NCBI RefSeq assembly: GCF_003334255.1
Contig: NZ_QOWU01000249.1
Source of the DNA: Escherichia coli
GTDB taxonomy: Bacteria > Pseudomonadota > Gammaproteobacteria > Enterobacterales > Enterobacteriaceae
Strand: one strand, 5' to 3'
DNA: 391 nt
The notes beneath the pieces were generated by a model. That model saw only the letters and a list, made by a program, of their open reading frames with translations, did no database searches and was not told where the DNA came from. Positions within the stretch are counted from its first letter, which is position 1, and each line of letters opens with the position of its first letter. This document shows, in pieces, positions 1 to 391 of this stretch. The translations under genes were made by a program, and so were the position numbers.

Positions 1-54
1 CAGGAGGTGCCGTCGGAAGATGCCAGGGCTGATAATCCGTTACAGAGGCTGTAA
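1..54 (+). CDS. possible 3' end of an upstream CDS entering from the left (frame 1, ...QEVPSEDARADNPLQRL*)
   Basis: Frame 1 is open from position 1 to TAA at 52-54, and the translated tail has ordinary mixed charged/polar composition. Only 17 codons are visible, so this cannot be confirmed; frame 2 is also open to TGA at 80-82. Confidence 0.15.
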   Translation, partial: QEVPSEDARADNPLQRL

Positions 55-57
55 TGG
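37..57 (+). promoter_or_regulatory. hairpin (9-bp stem incl. one G-U, loop AGG) enclosing the candidate SD and start codon of ORF 54-290
   Basis: CCGTTACAG (37-45) pairs with CTGTAATGG (49-57): C37-G57, C38-G56, G39-T55 wobble, T40-A54, T41-A53, A42-T52, C43-G51, A44-T50, G45-C49. SD AGAGG 44-48 and ATG 54-56 lie inside it. Any regulatory role is inferred. Confidence 0.35.
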
Positions 58-290
58 TTGCCTCCGGAGCAGTTTGCAGTGATGCCTTTCCCGGGAATGG
101 ATTGCCAGTGCGGGGACTGTGGAGCTTAATTCCGGTGTTGGTGGCCTTTCCGTTGATTTTATGCCAACAGCCCCCTGTGACTGACAGGCTGCCTCGTCAT
201 TCCATTCGTATCTCCAGTAACAGGGGGTTGTATTGTATTTTATTGTGCCGGTTCAGATGTGCGTTTCCCGGCGCGTCTGCACCGGCTTAA
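54..290 (+). CDS. hypothetical small protein (78 aa), doubtful; possibly a small hydrophobic peptide, or a spurious ORF over noncoding structured DNA
   Basis: ATG 54-56 to TAA 288-290. For: AGAGG at 44-48 with 5-nt spacer acts as a plausible SD; the ATG overlaps the TAA (52-54) of upstream frame 1 as TAATG; residues 22-37 (LWSLIPVLVAFPLILC) are hydrophobic. Against: 5 of 7 Arg codons are AGG/AGA/CGG; product is Cys/Pro/Arg/Leu-rich with no recognisable motif; the ORF spans hairpins, a palindrome and direct repeats. Confidence 0.25.
   Translation: MVASGAVCSDAFPGNGLPVRGLWSLIPVLVAFPLILCQQPPVTDRLPRHSIRISSNRGLYCILLCRFRCAFPGASAPA
78..96. repeat. copy 1 of imperfect direct repeat (CAGTGATGCCTTTCCCGGG), core GCCTTTCCCGG at 84-94
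   Basis: Matches 254-272 at 14 of 19 positions by manual alignment; the core matches 261-271 at 10 of 11. A shorter third copy lies at 143-152. Confidence 0.5.
88..97. repeat. 10-bp perfect palindrome TTCCCGGGAA; candidate dimeric protein-binding site, function unknown
   Basis: Reverse complement of 88-97 is identical to itself. It sits inside copy 1 of the direct repeat. At roughly 1 in 1024 per position, chance occurrence in 391 bp is not negligible. Confidence 0.4.
143..152. repeat. copy 2 (short) of direct repeat core: GGCCTTTCCG
   Basis: GCCTTTCC at 144-151 is identical to 84-91; spacing from copy 1 is 60 bp. Confidence 0.4.
167..231 (+). other. nested stem-loop: 12-bp outer stem (167-178 / 220-231, CCCCC/GGGGG core) enclosing an inner hairpin (182-188 / 192-199, loop CTG, one bulged C195); candidate structured RNA element
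   Basis: ACAGCCCCCTGT (167-178) pairs with ACAGGGGGTTGT (220-231). As DNA the match is 11 of 12; as + strand RNA the mismatch becomes a G170-U228 wobble, whereas the minus strand would have a C-A mismatch, so the structure is slightly more stable if the + strand is transcribed. Confidence 0.45.
226..247. repeat. T-rich tandem pentamer array GGTTG-TATTG-TATTT-TATTG-TG immediately 3' of the nested stem-loop
   Basis: TATTG 231-235, TATTT 236-240, TATTG 241-245, preceded by GGTTG 226-230. This is the most AT-rich stretch of the window. Confidence 0.45.
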
Positions 291-337
291 CCAAATTCAA
301 CAGGGATAAAATAGTGGTAAGCGTACAGCCTGAACCG
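249..337. repeat. 8-bp perfect inverted repeat CGGTTCAG (249-256) / CTGAACCG (330-337) bracketing 73 bp
   Basis: Exact reverse complements. The pairing does not extend (C248/T338 and A257/C329 mismatch). Could be a long-range RNA pairing or chance. Confidence 0.3.
254..272. repeat. copy 3 of imperfect direct repeat (CAGATGTGCGTTTCCCGGC), core GCGTTTCCCGG at 261-271
   Basis: See copy 1. Start-to-start spacing between copy 1 and copy 3 is 176 bp. Confidence 0.5.
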
Positions 338-341
338 TCTG

Positions 342-354
342 GTCAGAATCTGAC
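342..354 (+). other. small hairpin GTCAG-AAT-CTGAC (5-bp stem, 3-nt loop)
   Basis: G342-C354, T343-A353, C344-G352, A345-T351, G346-C350. Short and of uncertain significance. Confidence 0.25.
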
Positions 355-391
355 GAATTAGACAAAGTGGTGTCCACCAAATAAGTAGTGG

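Noticed and set aside
2-23. Perfect SD AGGAGGT (2-8) driving a gene from ATG 21-23
   Set aside because: Spacer of 12 nt is long, and the ORF from ATG 21 is only 20 codons (stop at 80-82) with an Arg/Cys-rich product; more likely coincidental or part of an upstream coding sequence.
31-36. sigma70 promoter -10 element GATAAT (also TAAAAT at 307-312)
   Set aside because: Both are 5 of 6 matches to TATAAT, but neither has a credible -35 hexamer at 16-18 bp spacing or an extended -10 TG; they are too weak to call.
63-70. 8-bp palindrome CTCCGGAG as an operator
   Set aside because: At this length one or two perfect palindromes are expected by chance in 391 bp; there is no second half-site or repeat context.
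167-246. Canonical rho-independent terminator
   Set aside because: The stem is GC-rich and followed by a T-rich tract, but the loop is 41 nt (nested hairpin) and the T-tract is interrupted by G and A; it is kept only as a terminator-like structured element in the findings.
367-380. tRNA-like 3' end (GTGG-TGT-CCACCAAA with a CCA)
   Set aside because: Only a 4-bp stem with a 3-nt loop; no acceptor stem, D-arm, anticodon arm or T-loop consensus can be built from the upstream sequence.
1-391. CRISPR array
   Set aside because: No direct repeats of 20 bp or more at regular spacing; the repeats present are 8-19 nt, imperfect and irregularly spaced.
1-391. Retron msr/msd noncoding RNA
   Set aside because: I could not find the long flanking inverted repeats (a1/a2) expected around such an RNA; the only inverted pairs are 8-12 bp and internal. 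No reverse transcriptase start is visible at either window edge.
1-391. Dam/OxyR-type phase-variation switch (clustered GATC sites)
   Set aside because: There is no GATC tetramer anywhere in the window.
1-391. Insertion sequence or MITE terminal inverted repeats
   Set aside because: The window ends are not reverse complements of each other, and no transposase fragment is apparent in any frame.

Overview
391-bp window, about 51% GC (201 of 391 by my count). I do not recognise the locus, and I see no rRNA, tRNA, CRISPR array, IS end or convincing sigma70 promoter. The only ORF in the track (54..290, +, 78 aa) is ambiguous: it has a plausible Shine-Dalgarno (AGAGG 44-48) and a TAATG stop/start overlap with an upstream open frame, but it uses mostly rare Arg codons, encodes a Cys/Pro/Arg/Leu-rich low-complexity product, and is laid over hairpins and direct repeats that look more like noncoding structured or regulatory DNA. 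What the sequence shows directly: a 9-bp hairpin (37-57) enclosing the candidate SD and start codon; a 10-bp perfect palindrome TTCCCGGGAA (88-97); a three-copy direct repeat family GC(C/G)TTTCC(C)GG (84-94, 144-152, 261-271), two copies extending to about 19 nt; a nested stem-loop (167-231) followed by a T-rich tandem pentamer array (226-247); an 8-bp perfect inverted repeat (249-256 / 330-337); and a small hairpin (342-354). My best reading is a largely noncoding, structured intergenic or leader-like region, possibly with the 3' end of an upstream gene and/or a small peptide gene. Nothing in the window is diagnostic of a named system; all functional assignments are hypotheses that need flanking sequence, RNA folding and homology searches I cannot run.
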